A DNA stretch of 64,000 nucleotides from an uncultured cyanobacterium (GTDB taxonomy: Bacteria; Cyanobacteriota; Cyanobacteriia; Cyanobacteriales; CAWUOF01). The translations under genes and the position numbers were made by a program. Each line of letters begins with the position of its first letter. Position 1 is the first letter of the stretch. The stretch covers positions 128,001 through 192,000 of the forward strand of contig CAVUSO010000001.1 of the NCBI GenBank assembly GCA_963744145.1, in the 5' to 3' direction. The notes beneath the pieces are model-generated. The model ran no database searches and was not told the DNA's origin. It worked only from the letters and a program-made list of their open reading frames with translations. Below are positions 1 through 11,697 of the stretch, piece by piece.

Positions 1-122
1 TCAGTCAAACTAAAATTGGTATTCAAAGTTTGAATCAAGTTGCAATTAAACTGAAACAACAAGTGTAAAAAGCGACAACTTTTAATTTAAAATAATCTCA
101 AGATTACTGGTAAGGGAAAATC

Positions 123-773
123 ATGACTGATCACACAAATGCTCGAGAACTATTCCAAGCTGCTTACGAAAATCGTTACACATGGGACTCTAATTTTCCC
201 GGTTATTTAGCGGAAATTGAAGTTAAACAGGGTAAGGAAATCCATACCGGAAAGATTTGCATTCATCCGGATCTGAAGATTGAAGTCACAGAAGTCGCCA
301 ATCCAAAAGTTCAAGAAAGCATTTACAATCAATTACGGGATCTGGTTACCCATCGGAAACGGTCAACTTTTGAGCAATCTCACGGGAAAAATAACTTTAG
401 CATTGGGAAAACCGAGGAAACTGGTGCGATCGAAATTTTGGTGACAGGTGAAGCAATGGGATCTAATTATCAGATCAAAGATCAGGAAATTTGTCATGTA
501 CGCCGAGTGATGGGTAAAATGGTCTTTGTGATCGATACATATCAAAGCTTCAATACTGGTTCAGGTTATGTAGCTACTCGTTATGATGCCATTTTCCGTA
601 ATGTGGAAACTGATGAAGTGATAAAAGTGTTAAAATTTGAGGACTCCTACGAGAAAATAGGAGACTATTATGTAATGACTCAGCAGGTGATCCATGCAGA
701 TGAACCAGAACAGCAGATCACCACTGAGTTTAAACTGACTAACGTCAAACTACTCGAACCAGCAGTGGTATAG
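123..773 (+). CDS. DUF3386-family protein
   Basis: 216-aa ORF with the ARELFQAAYENRYTWD..FPGY N-terminus typical of cyanobacterial DUF3386 proteins. Confidence 0.8.
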   Translation: MTDHTNARELFQAAYENRYTWDSNFPGYLAEIEVKQGKEIHTGKICIHPDLKIEVTEVANPKVQESIYNQLRDLVTHRKRSTFEQSHGKNNFSIGKTEETGAIEILVTGEAMGSNYQIKDQEICHVRRVMGKMVFVIDTYQSFNTGSGYVATRYDAIFRNVETDEVIKVLKFEDSYEKIGDYYVMTQQVIHADEPEQQITTEFKLTNVKLLEPAVV

Positions 774-822
774 CAAACCGTTAGAATGTTTATTGGTGTC
801 AAAAAATTGTGCAAGGTGAAAT

Positions 823-1071
823 ATGTCTATAACTCAAACACTAGAACTGACCAAAGAGAATGTAGAAAAGGTTTTGGATGAACTGCGCCCCTATTTAATG
901 TCTGATGGGGGCAATGTGGAGTTAGTAGACGTGGAGGGACCAATTGTTAAACTCCGTTTACAAGGAGCTTGTGGTTCTTGTCCAAGTTCAGCGATGACCC
1001 TGAGAATGGGGATAGAACGTCGTTTACGCGAAACAATTCCCGAAATTGGTGAAGTTGAACAGGTGTATTAA
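823..1071 (+). CDS. nfuA: NifU/NfuA-like Fe-S cluster scaffold (NifU C-terminal domain)
   Basis: [14 protein letters not shown]...[11 protein letters not shown] with the CxxC motif. Confidence 0.9.
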   Translation: MSITQTLELTKENVEKVLDELRPYLMSDGGNVELVDVEGPIVKLRLQGACGSCPSSAMTLRMGIERRLRETIPEIGEVEQVY

Positions 1072-1217
1072 TAGCAACAGGAAAAAGAATTTCTGTGAAT
1101 ATGTAATCTAGTTTCTAACATCCAGAAATTTTTTTCGATACATTTAACAGGGAAGAGTCGGGTAAAGTTTGTGGTAGAAACCCGATCGCTCCCCTGTTTT
1201 TTATTTCCTTTAATCTC

Positions 1218-3464
1218 ATGTCTCATCCTCTCTACGTTGCATTTATTTGGCATCAGCATCAACCTTTATATAAATCCCAAAGTAACCACCCCCAACCTGA
1301 TGGCCAATATCTGTTGCCTTGGGTCCGTCTACATGGCACTAAAGATTATTTGGATTTAGTCCTGCAACTAGCCAAATATCCGAAATTGCATCAAACCGTC
1401 AATTTGGTGCCTTCTTTAATCTTGCAGTTGGAAGATTATATTGCTGGTACAGCTTTTGATCCCTATCTGGCTCTGACGCTAACACCCACAGAACAGTTAA
1501 ACAGCCAACAAAAAGCATTTATTATTGAGCATTTTTTTGATGCCAATAACCATCACCTGATTGAGCCTTATCTCCGTTATGCCGAATTATACCGACAGCG
1601 CCAAGAGCTAGGATCTCAATGGTGTCGGCAGAATTGGCAACTACAAGATTACAGTGATTTATTAGCTTGGCACAATTTAGCTTGGATTGACCCTTTGTTT
1701 GCTGATGATCCGGAAATTGCCCAGTGGTTAAAACAAGGTCGAAACTTTACCTTAAGCGATCGCCAGCGCATTTATTCCAAGCAAAGAGAAATTATCAGTC
1801 GGATTATCCCCCAACACCGGGCGATGCAAGTATCTGGACAGTTGGAGGTAATGACTTCTCCCTATACTCACCCCATCTTACCCTTACTAGCCGATTCCAA
1901 TTCTGGGCAAGTAGCAGTGCCCAACATGATTTTACCCCAGCAAAAATTCTCTTGGCCCGCAGACATCACCCGACATCTCCGCAAAGCTTGGGATATATAT
2001 ACCGATCGCTTTGGTCAAACTCCTCGAGGATTATGGCCATCAGAACAAGCGGTAAGTCCAGAAATATTACCCTATATCATCCAACAAGGATTTGAATGGA
2101 TTTGCTCTGATGAAGCGATCTTAGGTTGGACCCTGAACCACTTTTTCCACCGTGATGGTGCAGGTAATGTGTTTGAACCAGAACTACTATATCGTCCCTA
2201 TCGATTAGCGACTCTAGCAGGCGAACTCACGATCGTGTTTCGGGATCACCGCTTATCAGACTTAATTGGGTTTACTTATGGGGCAATGCCAGGACCCGCC
2301 GCCGCCGCCAATTTAGTTGGACACTTAGAATCGATCGCCCATCAGCTCAAACAGCGACAACCCGAAGGGGGAACTACTTTAGCCAAACCCTGGTTAGTGA
2401 CCATTGCTTTGGATGGGGAAAATTGCTGGGAATTTTATCCCCAAGATGGCAAACTGTTCCTGGAAAATCTCTATCAAAGACTATCGGTACATCCAGAGAT
2501 TAAATTAGTGACTGTCTCCGAATTTATCGAACAATTTCCAGCTACAGAAACTTTAAATGCTCAACAGCTCCATACCGGATCTTGGGTGAATGGTGACTTA
2601 ACCACTTGGATTGGCGATCCTGCGAAAAATCGCGCTTGGGATTTATTAACAACTGCTAGACAAGTTCTGGCTAATCATCCAGAAGCAACTGAAGAAAATA
2701 ATCCTGCTGCATGGGAAGCTTTGGACGCAGCGGAAGGATCAGATTGGTTTTGGTGGTTTGGAGAAGGTCATTCATCCAATCACGATGCCATTTTTGATCA
2801 ATTATTCCGGGAACATTTGCGTGCTTTATATCAAGCTCTGAATGAACCGGTTCCACCCCAATTGCGACAACCGATCGAGATCCATGATCTGCGCGGGGAT
2901 CATAAACCAGAAGGCTTTATTCATCCAATTATCGATGGATTTGGCGATGAACAAGACTGGGACAAAGCAGGTCGTTTGGAAATTGGTGGTGCCAGAGGTA
3001 CAATGCACCGTAGTTCTGAGATTCAGCGAGTCTGGTATGGTGTTGATCACCTGAATTTTTATCTACGTTTGGACTTGCGAAGTGGTATTCAACCGGGAAA
3101 AGACTTTCCTTCAGAAGTAAACTTGTTCTGGTTTTATCCCCATCAACCTATGCGTAATAGTCCAATACCTTTAGCCAATCTTCCTGATCATTCTCCCCTC
3201 AATTATCTTTATCACCATCATTTGGGCATTAATTTAGTGACCAATTCCTTTTGGTTTCAGGAAGCAGGTGAAAATTATCAATGGTATAAACGATCGTTAC
3301 TAGGAAAAGTTGCCTACAAAAAATGCCTAGAAGTAGCTATTCCTTGGGCAGATTTACCGACTGAACCAGATTGGTCTTTACGACTAATTTTGGTCTTTTC
3401 TGAAGCTGGTCGCTTTTCTAGTTATTTACCTGAAGATGCACTTATTCCCATCGATACTCCTTAA
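1218..3464 (+). CDS. Glycoside hydrolase family 57 (amylopullulanase-like)
   Basis: WHQHQP, HPILPL, GLWPSE, ALDGEN and AEGSDWFWW GH57 motifs. Confidence 0.9.
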   Translation: MSHPLYVAFIWHQHQPLYKSQSNHPQPDGQYLLPWVRLHGTKDYLDLVLQLAKYPKLHQTVNLVPSLILQLEDYIAGTAFDPYLALTLTPTEQLNSQQKAFIIEHFFDANNHHLIEPYLRYAELYRQRQELGSQWCRQNWQLQDYSDLLAWHNLAWIDPLFADDPEIAQWLKQGRNFTLSDRQRIYSKQREIISRIIPQHRAMQVSGQLEVMTSPYTHPILPLLADSNSGQVAVPNMILPQQKFSWPADITRHLRKAWDIYTDRFGQTPRGLWPSEQAVSPEILPYIIQQGFEWICSDEAILGWTLNHFFHRDGAGNVFEPELLYRPYRLATLAGELTIVFRDHRLSDLIGFTYGAMPGPAAAANLVGHLESIAHQLKQRQPEGGTTLAKPWLVTIALDGENCWEFYPQDGKLFLENLYQRLSVHPEIKLVTVSEFIEQFPATETLNAQQLHTGSWVNGDLTTWIGDPAKNRAWDLLTTARQVLANHPEATEENNPAAWEALDAAEGSDWFWWFGEGHSSNHDAIFDQLFREHLRALYQALNEPVPPQLRQPIEIHDLRGDHKPEGFIHPIIDGFGDEQDWDKAGRLEIGGARGTMHRSSEIQRVWYGVDHLNFYLRLDLRSGIQPGKDFPSEVNLFWFYPHQPMRNSPIPLANLPDHSPLNYLYHHHLGINLVTNSFWFQEAGENYQWYKRSLLGKVAYKKCLEVAIPWADLPTEPDWSLRLILVFSEAGRFSSYLPEDALIPIDTP

Positions 3465-3806
3465 TTAACCTCGGGGCGGATCATTCGCCCCTAGATTTGT
3501 CCTGATCAATTAATTATCGCTTTTGGATCACCCTGATCATCAAATTAAGTTAAAATTAATAAAGCGTGAAAAAGTCGAACCAAACTACAGATGCTATTTT
3601 AAGTAATCAAATATTAATAAAAAATCCCAAAAAATCACAGACATAGCATCAAATATACCCTTCTTAATTGAATCATGACTAACCTCTTATTTCCCCTGTT
3701 AAATTGCTCTGATCAAGTTAAGAACACAGTTTTTACTGGTAACCGGATCAATTAAATGATTACCTAAATTCCAAAAATAAAAAGAAAAAACCTGTTGGGG
3801 TAGATC

Positions 3807-4223
3807 ATGAATAGAACTAGAAAACAAAAAAACAGGGAAAATGCCCAGCAAGCAATCCCAAATTCTCAATTCTCAGTTCAGATGAAACAGGCTGTTGCTA
3901 AAGTTTGGGAACGTTATCAAGGATGTATTTGCGATCGCATTTTGATCCTCGAAGCAGCAACCACAGCCCTAGGAGCAGGAGAGATGAGTGAGGGATTACG
4001 AACAAGCGCTCACCAAGAAGCCCACAAACTAGCTGGTTCTCTCGGCACTTTTGGGATCGCTAAAGGATCAGAAATTGCCAGGGAAATAGAACAAATATTT
4101 CAAGCTGGTGTTCTCCGAGAAGGACAAACACAACATTTACAAACTTTGATTATGATTTTGCGTCAAGAAATAGCCCAAAAAGCTCCTCAGCCTATTGCTG
4201 ACAATGATCCCATTCGGTCTTAA
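3807..4223 (+). CDS. Stand-alone Hpt (histidine phosphotransfer) domain protein
   Basis: AHKLAGSLGTFG motif. Confidence 0.8.
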   Translation: MNRTRKQKNRENAQQAIPNSQFSVQMKQAVAKVWERYQGCICDRILILEAATTALGAGEMSEGLRTSAHQEAHKLAGSLGTFGIAKGSEIAREIEQIFQAGVLREGQTQHLQTLIMILRQEIAQKAPQPIADNDPIRS

Positions 4224-4322
4224 AATTTGGAATCAATACTACCTGTTTTGAGAAAAGGATATAAATGAATCTGGTACTGGCAAAAAAGTTTCCCTGACAG
4301 ACAGGATATAGGAGAAATCCGG

Positions 4323-7300
4323 ATGAGTGAAGAAACTTCTGTTGGAGTTAGCTCGCGATCGGCAAAGCGAGCAGGGTCTTTATTAAGCGATAATTCCCAC
4401 CATGTATTAACCAGGCAACATACATCAGAGGATGATGTTTTTTTTAACCTAGTGGGAGAAGTCCGAGACTATGCCATATTCCGATTAGATCAAGATGGCT
4501 GTGTGGCTAGTTGGAATGTGGGAGCAGAAAGTATTTTTGGGGTAAAAGCGAGCGAAATCATTGGTAAACACTTTTCTGGTTTTTATCCGAAATCCGATAT
4601 TGCTTTGGGCAAACTCGAACAAGAACTCAAACTGGTACTCGCGGCGGGACAGTGCGAAGATGAAGGTTGGCGAGTTCGGCAAAATGGTAGTCGTTTTTGG
4701 GCAAGTTCAACGATTACAGTTTTGCGGGATGAGCAAGGGCAATTATTAGGATTTTCTGTGATTACCCATGATTTGACAGAACGTCGGCAAATTGAAGAAG
4801 AACTGTGTCAAGTAAATCGATCGCTCAGAACCCTCAGTGATTGCAATCAAGCTTTAGTCAGAGCAACTGAAGAATCAGAACTTTTGCGAGATATTTGCCG
4901 AATTATTGTTGAAGTTGGTGGTTATTCTACCGCTGGGGTCGGATTTCCGGTGCATCATGAGCAAGAAAATGATCTACAATCTTTGGCTTTAGCTGGATAT
5001 GCAGTTAGTCAAGGACTATATCTTCAAAGTGAAGACCAGAAAAACGGTCATAATTCCTTATTTGGGCTTTATTCTGTCATGGTGATGCAGACAGGTAGAC
5101 CTTATGTAGTAGAAAATATTTTTACTGAACCTAATTTTAGTCCTTGGTGTAGTTTCGCTCAAGAACGAGGCTATGCTTCTTTGATCGTTTTACCGTTAAT
5201 TGCTAAACATTTAGATCAAGAAATTGCTCCAGCTAAACCTTTTGGTGTGCTGAGTATTTATGCGGCTATGCCCAATACTTTTGATGCCGAAAAAGTCAAG
5301 CTACTCGGTGAATTAGCCGATGATTTGGCTTATGGGATTATGGCTTTACGGACTAGACAGGAACGGAGTCGAGCTGAATCCGCGTTACGGGAATCGGAGG
5401 AGTTGCACCGGATTACTTTGAGTAATATCTCAGATGCAGTATTTATTACTGATAATTTAGGTTTTTTTACTTATATTTGTCCCAATGTCCATCGAACTTT
5501 TGGTTACTATTTACAGCAAGTACAAGAGTTTGGCAAGATTTCTCGGTTGTTAGGGGAGCGGATTTTTGAGGTTTTATCAGAATTAGAACCTGCTGGAGAA
5601 ATCCAAAATCTGGAATGGGAAATTGAAGATCAAACTGGTAAACAACATATTTTGTTAATTAATATCAAACGGGTCGCGATTAAGGGGGGAACGATTCTTT
5701 ATACTTGTCGAGATATTACTCAACGTCGCCAAACCGCAGCAGCTTTGCGAGAAAGTGAGGAACGTTATCGGCAATTAATCGAAATCTCTCCCGAAGCGAT
5801 CGCGGTGCAAGCTGAAGATAAAATTGTTTTAATTAATCCCGCAGGAGCTAAACTTTTTGGTGCTAATAATCCGGAAGATTTAATTAGTAAGTCTTTGCAA
5901 GAATTAGGGCATTTTAATGGACAAAAGCCGAGTTTTTTAACCGAAAAAAGCCAAGAAGTTCCGTTTATTGAACAAAAAGTATTTCGTCCTGATGGCACAA
6001 TTTTAGATTTAGAAGTAGCGTCATTACCTTTTATTTATCAAAGAAAACCAGCGATGTTAATGGTAGCGCGGGATGTGACGGAAAGAAAGCGAGTTGAATG
6101 GGAGTTAAAAAAATATCGTCATCATTTGGAAGAATTAGTAGCCGAACGGACTGCTAAATTAATGGCAGCTAATGAACAATTACAACAGGAAATTTGCGAT
6201 CGGAAGTTTGCTGAGGAAGCGCTACGTCATTCGGAAGAACAACTTCGCACTTTAATTAATGCTACTCCTGATATAGTTTGTTTCAAAGATGGTGCTGGTA
6301 AATGGCTGGAAGCTAATGCAGCTATGTTGCAAATTTTCCAACTAGAACACATTGATTATCGAGGTAAAACCGATCAAGAACTCGGTGAAATGAATATTTT
6401 TGGTCGAGAAGCATTCCGAAATTGTCAACGCACTGATGAACTAGCTTGGAGTAAACAAACTCTTTCCGGGGTGGAAGAAATTATTAACAATCAGGAGGGT
6501 GTAGCTCGAATTTTCGAGGTAATCAAAGTACCGCTTTTTTATCCAGATGGAAAACGCAAAGGAATTGTAGTTTTGGGACGGGATATTACTGCACGTAAAC
6601 AAGCAGAAGCAGCTTTGGAAAGGTTGAGTCGGCAAAATAAATTAATTTTAAATTCAGCGGGGGAGGGAATTTGCGGATTGGATTTGTGCGGTAAGATTAC
6701 TTTTGTTAATCCGGACTGGAGCGAGAATGCTGGGTGCTAAGGTGGAAGATTTAATTAATCAACCACTGGTATCTATTTTCTCAGGTTGTCAACCAGATCA
6801 AATTCATTATTGCTCACAAAAACTACCCGTTTGTACAGCTTTTCAAGATGGAGAAGTCCATCAAGTTACAGATCAGGTTTTTTGGCGTCAAGATGGTTCT
6901 AGTTTTCCGGTAGAATATGTGAGTACACCGATGTTAGAACGCGGTGAAATTGTTGGAGGAGTGATTATATTTAAAGATATTACTGAGCGTTTGGCTGTCG
7001 AAAAAATGAAAAATGAATTTGTTTCGGTAGTCAGTCATGAATTACGAACCCCCTTAACTTCCATGCGTGGTGCTTTGGGAATTTTAGCTAGTGGTATGCT
7101 CAAAGATCATCCCCAAAAAGGACAACGGATGTTAGAAATAGCACTGAATAATACCGATCGATTAGTGCGTTTGATTAATGATATTTTAGATATTGAGCGC
7201 ATCACTTATGGGAAGGTAACTTTAGCTAAACAGAATTGTGATATAGCGGAATTGATGGTGCAAGCAGTAGATGCAATGCAAGGAATGGCTGAAAAAGCTG

Positions 7301-7686
7301 GTGTAACTCTAGTGGTAACACCTATGTCTGCTTTATTACGAGTTGATGGCGATCGCATTGTGCAAACTCTCACTAATTTACTCAGTAATGCGATTAAATT
7401 TTCTCAAGCGGGCACAACTGTCCTATTGTCAGCAGAATATTGGAAAAATGGCACAGAAGTTTTATTACAAGTAAAAGATCAAGGACGCGGAATTCCCACA
7501 GATAAGTTAGAGACGATTTTTGAGCGATTTCAACAAGTTGATACTTCTGACTCTCGTGCTTATGGAGGTACTGGTTTAGGTTTAGCGATCTGTCGGAGCA
7601 TTGTAGCACAACATGGTGGTCAGATTTGGGCGGAAAGCACTTTGGGTCAAGGTAGTATTTTTTATTTTACCTTGCCAACTACATAG
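4323..7686 (+). pseudogene. PAS/GAF multi-sensor histidine kinase split by a +1 frameshift near 6714 (ORFs 4323-6740 and 6703-7686)
   Basis: PAS and GAF domains lie in the first frame; HELRTPL, N and G boxes lie in the second. Removing one base at 6714/6715 restores FVNP(A/T)GARML. Could be a sequencing error. Confidence 0.8.
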
Positions 7687-7753
7687 CTATATTCTCATTC
7701 ATCTGCAAAAATCTGGTCAAAGAAATTTTGGAAAAAATTTCCCGGTTTAGTGC

Positions 7754-7782
7754 TTGACAGACCTTCTGAAAATTGTTATGCT
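7754..7782 (+). promoter_or_regulatory. Sigma70-type promoter of tRNA-Phe
   Basis: TTGACA-17 bp-TATGCT, ending 21 bp upstream of the tRNA. Confidence 0.65.
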
Positions 7783-7803
7783 AGTTAGGCACAAAAAAAT
7801 TAA

Positions 7804-7876
<73 letters not shown>

Positions 7877-8067
7877 TTTAAAATAACGAAAAATCAGGGG
7901 TTCTATGCTTTCTGGAACCGTTTTTAGTTTGATTAACTCTACTATAGTTGGATAAAGTCTACTAAAAGTCTACTAAACCAATATTTGCTGATTGATACCT
8001 CTAAACTCTAGAATCGGATCTATAATAGATAAAGAGCATTGCTGATTTACGGTATAAATAAATAATT

Positions 8068-8118
8068 TGTAGGGGCGTATGGCAATACGCCCGGGGCGCA
8101 TGGCCATGCGCCCCTACA
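8068..8118. repeat. GTAG-tagged REP-like palindromes
   Basis: GTAGGGGCGTATGGCAATACGCCC and GGGGCGCATGGCCATGCGCCCCTAC hairpins; a related copy lies at about 49310-49331. Confidence 0.75.
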
Positions 8119-8124
8119 GGATTT

Positions 8125-8224
8125 TCATACCCTGATTAAGCTTTTTCTTGTCCAAGCCCATAATTCAGCAGTTTCTAACATAGCCTGAGAAGTAATGGGA
8201 ATGAGCTGTTCCCTTTCATGACAT
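8125..8224 (-). pseudogene. PIN-domain toxin fragment
   Basis: Minus strand reads EQLIPITSQAMLETAELWAWTRKS, resembling cyanobacterial PIN toxins; directly follows the 8225-8959 stop. Confidence 0.5.
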
Positions 8225-8959
8225 CTACACACTGTTATTTTTTAGTAATTCTTCAAGTCGAGGATACACTTCCCGATCGTAACTAGGATCTTCGTTCATT
8301 AACTCTTCAATAAACTCAAGCATCTTCTTTGTAGCTTTTATCCCTTCCTCAAATTTTTCTTCTTTTTCCCGCTCAAGCAAGGCTGGTAAAGCATTCTGTA
8401 AATTAGGGGTTGGCTTGTCTTTCCTGAGACTTAGCGCTTTTATAACAGATTGTGGTATCAATAAATAAGAAGCTTTGTACTTTTTAAACAAATTTTCTTG
8501 GTGATAGATAGAAGGGAGAAATAATTTTATTCTCAAGAGCCATCCTTCCTTTCCTTCAAATCTGGATTTAGCTAAAATAGCAAACTTGTTAGCTATTTCT
8601 ATAAATAAATCCTGACTTTCACGGGAAAAAATATCCCAGCATTCCTCGATTCCTTGAGCATATTTCTCAAGTTTAGTTGAATATTTATTTAGATCAACAG
8701 GCAAGTCATTGTGATCAAATTCAATTGTTAAGAGGGTAGCTTCTAGGTATTTATTAGCACCTGCTACCATTTCAGATATAGTATCAATTACATTTTTCCC
8801 CTTTAAAGCAGCAACTTCTCTGAAAAGCTCACCGACTTCACTCTCTAATGAATTGGGATAACTTAAGATATTTTCCAGCTTTTGTTTAAATGTTTCAAGA
8901 TTTTTAATTGCTTTTTGATTGTTAAGAGTGTCTTCGCAAGGAGATAGATTGCTAAACAT
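8225..8959 (-). CDS. Hypothetical protein with an antitoxin-like C-terminus
   Basis: 244-aa ORF with a GGAGG RBS; acidic C-terminus (DPSYDREVYPRLEELLK) precedes a PIN stub. Confidence 0.55.
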   Translation of the reverse strand: MFSNLSPCEDTLNNQKAIKNLETFKQKLENILSYPNSLESEVGELFREVAALKGKNVIDTISEMVAGANKYLEATLLTIEFDHNDLPVDLNKYSTKLEKYAQGIEECWDIFSRESQDLFIEIANKFAILAKSRFEGKEGWLLRIKLFLPSIYHQENLFKKYKASYLLIPQSVIKALSLRKDKPTPNLQNALPALLEREKEEKFEEGIKATKKMLEFIEELMNEDPSYDREVYPRLEELLKNNSV

Positions 8960-9342
8960 TATTTTGCCTCCCGTATTAACTCAATATTTAAAGTTGTGTC
9001 CATGAGGACTTACTAGCCATAGATGCGCTTGTTGCCTTATAATACGATCATCCTAGCAGTTTTTGTTCCAAGTTTTGGAGTGGTTAGCCAAGAAAAAACT
9101 GTTGTCAGCAGACAACAAATTTACCCACAACATTTTAGGTAATTACTGCGGATTCTGTCGATGGGCGGATGAGCGAGTATCCACACATGGGCGATGCACT
9201 CACCGCAGGCGTTTTGTTCTGATTTTCCGAATCCTCCCATACCCCACTGTAGCTTTCTCATAAAAATATGCGATATATTTTCTGCATGAAGTCTTATAGA
9301 ATAAAGGGTTGAGAATTAACACCCTAGGCTATAATTATCTTC

Positions 9343-9404
9343 AGCAGAGGACTGAGGACTGAAAATCATCCTGTTACTAGTTCAAGTCTGGTTCCTGGCA
9401 TATT
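9343..9404 (+). repeat. Degenerate direct repeat of the tRNA-Phe 3' part (att-like scar)
   Basis: AGCAGAGGACTG(AGGACTG)AAAATC...AGTTCAAGTCTGGTTCCTGGCATTTA matches 7826-7880. Confidence 0.85.
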
Positions 9405-9519
9405 TACATCTAAGAACCTCTGATCTTGTCTGATCGGTGATTCTGACGGGGCGATCGCCTGGGTGCGAATTTCCTTGCTAAGTGCGATCGCATAGTTTAA
9501 TTTTGTAAATGTGGGTTAA

Positions 9520-11052
9520 ATGTTTCAGCAAACTTTTAAAAATATTGATGATGTTCTCTGGAAAGAGGCGGGTTGTACTACAGAGTTAGATTACACGGAG
9601 CAAACCTCTTGGCTACTGTTTTTGAAGTATTTGGATGACTTAGAACAGGAGAGGGCGCAAGAAGCAGAGCTAGTCGGTAAACCATACCAATTTATTATTG
9701 ATGAGGCGCATCGTTGGTCGGTCTGGGCGGCTCCAAAAAAGGCTGATGGTACGGTAGATCATGATAATGCGCTGATTGGCGACGATTTGATTGATTATGT
9801 CAACCGTAAGCTATTTCCATATTTACAGGGGTTCAAGCAACGGGCTACTAGTCCAGACACGATCGAATATAAGATAGGCGAAATTTTTAGCGAAATTAAG
9901 AATAGGTTTCAAAGTGGCTACAGCTTGCGGGATGCACTGGAATATATTGATGAATTACGGTTTCGATCGCAACAGGAAAAACATGAGCTATCCCATCTCT
10001 ATGAAGCCAAAATCAAGAATATGGGCAATGCAGGGCGCAATGGTGGGGAATATTATACACCGCGTCCTTTGATTCGAGCGATGATTCAGGTAGTGAAACC
10101 GAAGATTGGCGATCGCATTTATGATGGAGCCTGCGGTTCAGCGGGGTTTCTTTGCGAGAGTTACGACTACTTACGTCAGGGTAATCTTACTACTAAACAA
10201 CTTGAGCAACTTCAAACCGATACTTTTACAGGTAAGGAGAAGAAAAGTCTCGCTTATGTGATTGCGATTATGAATATGATCTTGCATGGTATTGATGCAC
10301 CGAACATTATTCACACCAACACTCTGACGGAAAACCTTAGTGATATTCAGGATCAGAACCGCTTTGATGTAATCTTAGCAAATCCACCGTTTGGAGGAAA
10401 GGAACGTAAGGAAGTACAGCAGAATTTTCCGATTAAGACGGGGGAAACAGCGTTTCTGTTTTTGCAGCATTTTATTAAAATCCTGAAGCAGGGAGGTAGA
10501 GCAGCAGTGGTAATTAAAAATACCTTTTTGTCGAATTCGGATAATGCTTCGCGAGCTTTACGTCAAGAACTTTTGAGTAGTTGTAATCTGCATACAATTT
10601 TAGATTGTCCGAGTGGGACATTTATTGGAGCAGGAGTTAAAACCGTAGTGCTGTTTTTTGAGAAAGCTTCTCCCTTCGACTTCGCTCAGGGAGAGCCTTT
10701 TCAGGAAATGCCCTTATTTTCTCAAGAAAAAGCTTTAAATGAGGGGATGGCGACTCGGAAAATTTGGTATTATCAACTTGATCCAGGACGTAGTTTAGGG
10801 AAAACCAATTCTCTGAATGATGACGATCTGCGAGAGTTTGTAGAGTTACAGTCTACTTTTGCTGAAACAGAAAAATCTTGGCTGGTGGATATTGCTGATG
10901 TCGATCGGGAAACTTTTGATCTGTCGGTAAAGAATCCGAATAAGGGTGAGGAAACATCGTTAAGAGAACCACAGGAAATTTTAGATGAAATTGCGATTTT
11001 AGATGCAGAAAGTGCAGAAATTTTGGAAGCGATCGCGAGGATGTTATCATGA
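9520..11052 (+). CDS. hsdM: Type I R-M methyltransferase subunit
   Basis: GEYYTPR, DGACGSAGFL (motif I) and NPPF (motif IV). Confidence 0.93.
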   Translation: MFQQTFKNIDDVLWKEAGCTTELDYTEQTSWLLFLKYLDDLEQERAQEAELVGKPYQFIIDEAHRWSVWAAPKKADGTVDHDNALIGDDLIDYVNRKLFPYLQGFKQRATSPDTIEYKIGEIFSEIKNRFQSGYSLRDALEYIDELRFRSQQEKHELSHLYEAKIKNMGNAGRNGGEYYTPRPLIRAMIQVVKPKIGDRIYDGACGSAGFLCESYDYLRQGNLTTKQLEQLQTDTFTGKEKKSLAYVIAIMNMILHGIDAPNIIHTNTLTENLSDIQDQNRFDVILANPPFGGKERKEVQQNFPIKTGETAFLFLQHFIKILKQGGRAAVVIKNTFLSNSDNASRALRQELLSSCNLHTILDCPSGTFIGAGVKTVVLFFEKASPFDFAQGEPFQEMPLFSQEKALNEGMATRKIWYYQLDPGRSLGKTNSLNDDDLREFVELQSTFAETEKSWLVDIADVDRETFDLSVKNPNKGEETSLREPQEILDEIAILDAESAEILEAIARMLS

Positions 11053-11132
11053 GTAGTGGAGAGATGCAGCTAATAGTAACTATCAGATTTTAGCTTGATT
11101 TTGTATGTCAAATTAATTTTATTAAGGTAGTT

Positions 11133-11351
11133 ATGACAAACATCAAAATAATCATAGAAAAGCACCCCGATGGTTACGTTGCCTATCCTTTAGTGCTTCA
11201 GGGGGTTATAGTTGGTGAGGGTGACACCTATGAAGAAGCTTTAGATGATGTGCGATCGGCTATTTTGTTTCATATTGAAACTTTTGGACGGTCGGCATTA
11301 GAATCTGCATCTTCAATCCTGGAAGCTTTTGTGGTAGAGATGAACCTGTAA
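11133..11351 (+). CDS. HicB-family antitoxin, followed by a HicA-like start stub at 11351
   Basis: YVAYPL..GVIVGEGDTYEEAL motif; next ATG overlaps the stop and reads MEKFPV before degenerating. Confidence 0.8.
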   Translation: MTNIKIIIEKHPDGYVAYPLVLQGVIVGEGDTYEEALDDVRSAILFHIETFGRSALESASSILEAFVVEMNL

Positions 11352-11620
11352 TGGAAAAATTTCCTGTTATTGCCGTTGATGAGAGAGTTTAAGGATTTGA
11401 GAGGAATTAATTCTCGCACCAATTTGATACCTATGACACACTACGCGATCGCTCCTACACTTAACTGAACCCTATTAATATATAAATCTCCAATTATTGA
11501 TTGGAGAAATTCGTTAGATATTAAAGTAGCTGGTTGAGCGGAGTCGAAACCAGCAGAACAGCCTCGATTAGCAAAGCATACTCTAGCAACCAAAGATAAT
11601 CAACTAACCAAAAACGACAG

Positions 11621-11697
11621 ACTGAGGACTGAACACTGAGGACTGAACACTGAGGACTGAACACTGAGGACTGAACACTGAGGACTGAACACTGAGG
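11621..11697. repeat. 14-bp tandem repeat (ACTGAGGACTGAAC)x5.5, STRR-like heptamers
   Basis: Direct reading of the sequence. Confidence 0.9.

Noticed and set aside
9343-9404. Second functional tRNA-Phe
   Set aside because: It lacks the 5' acceptor/D arm and has a disrupted anticodon arm.
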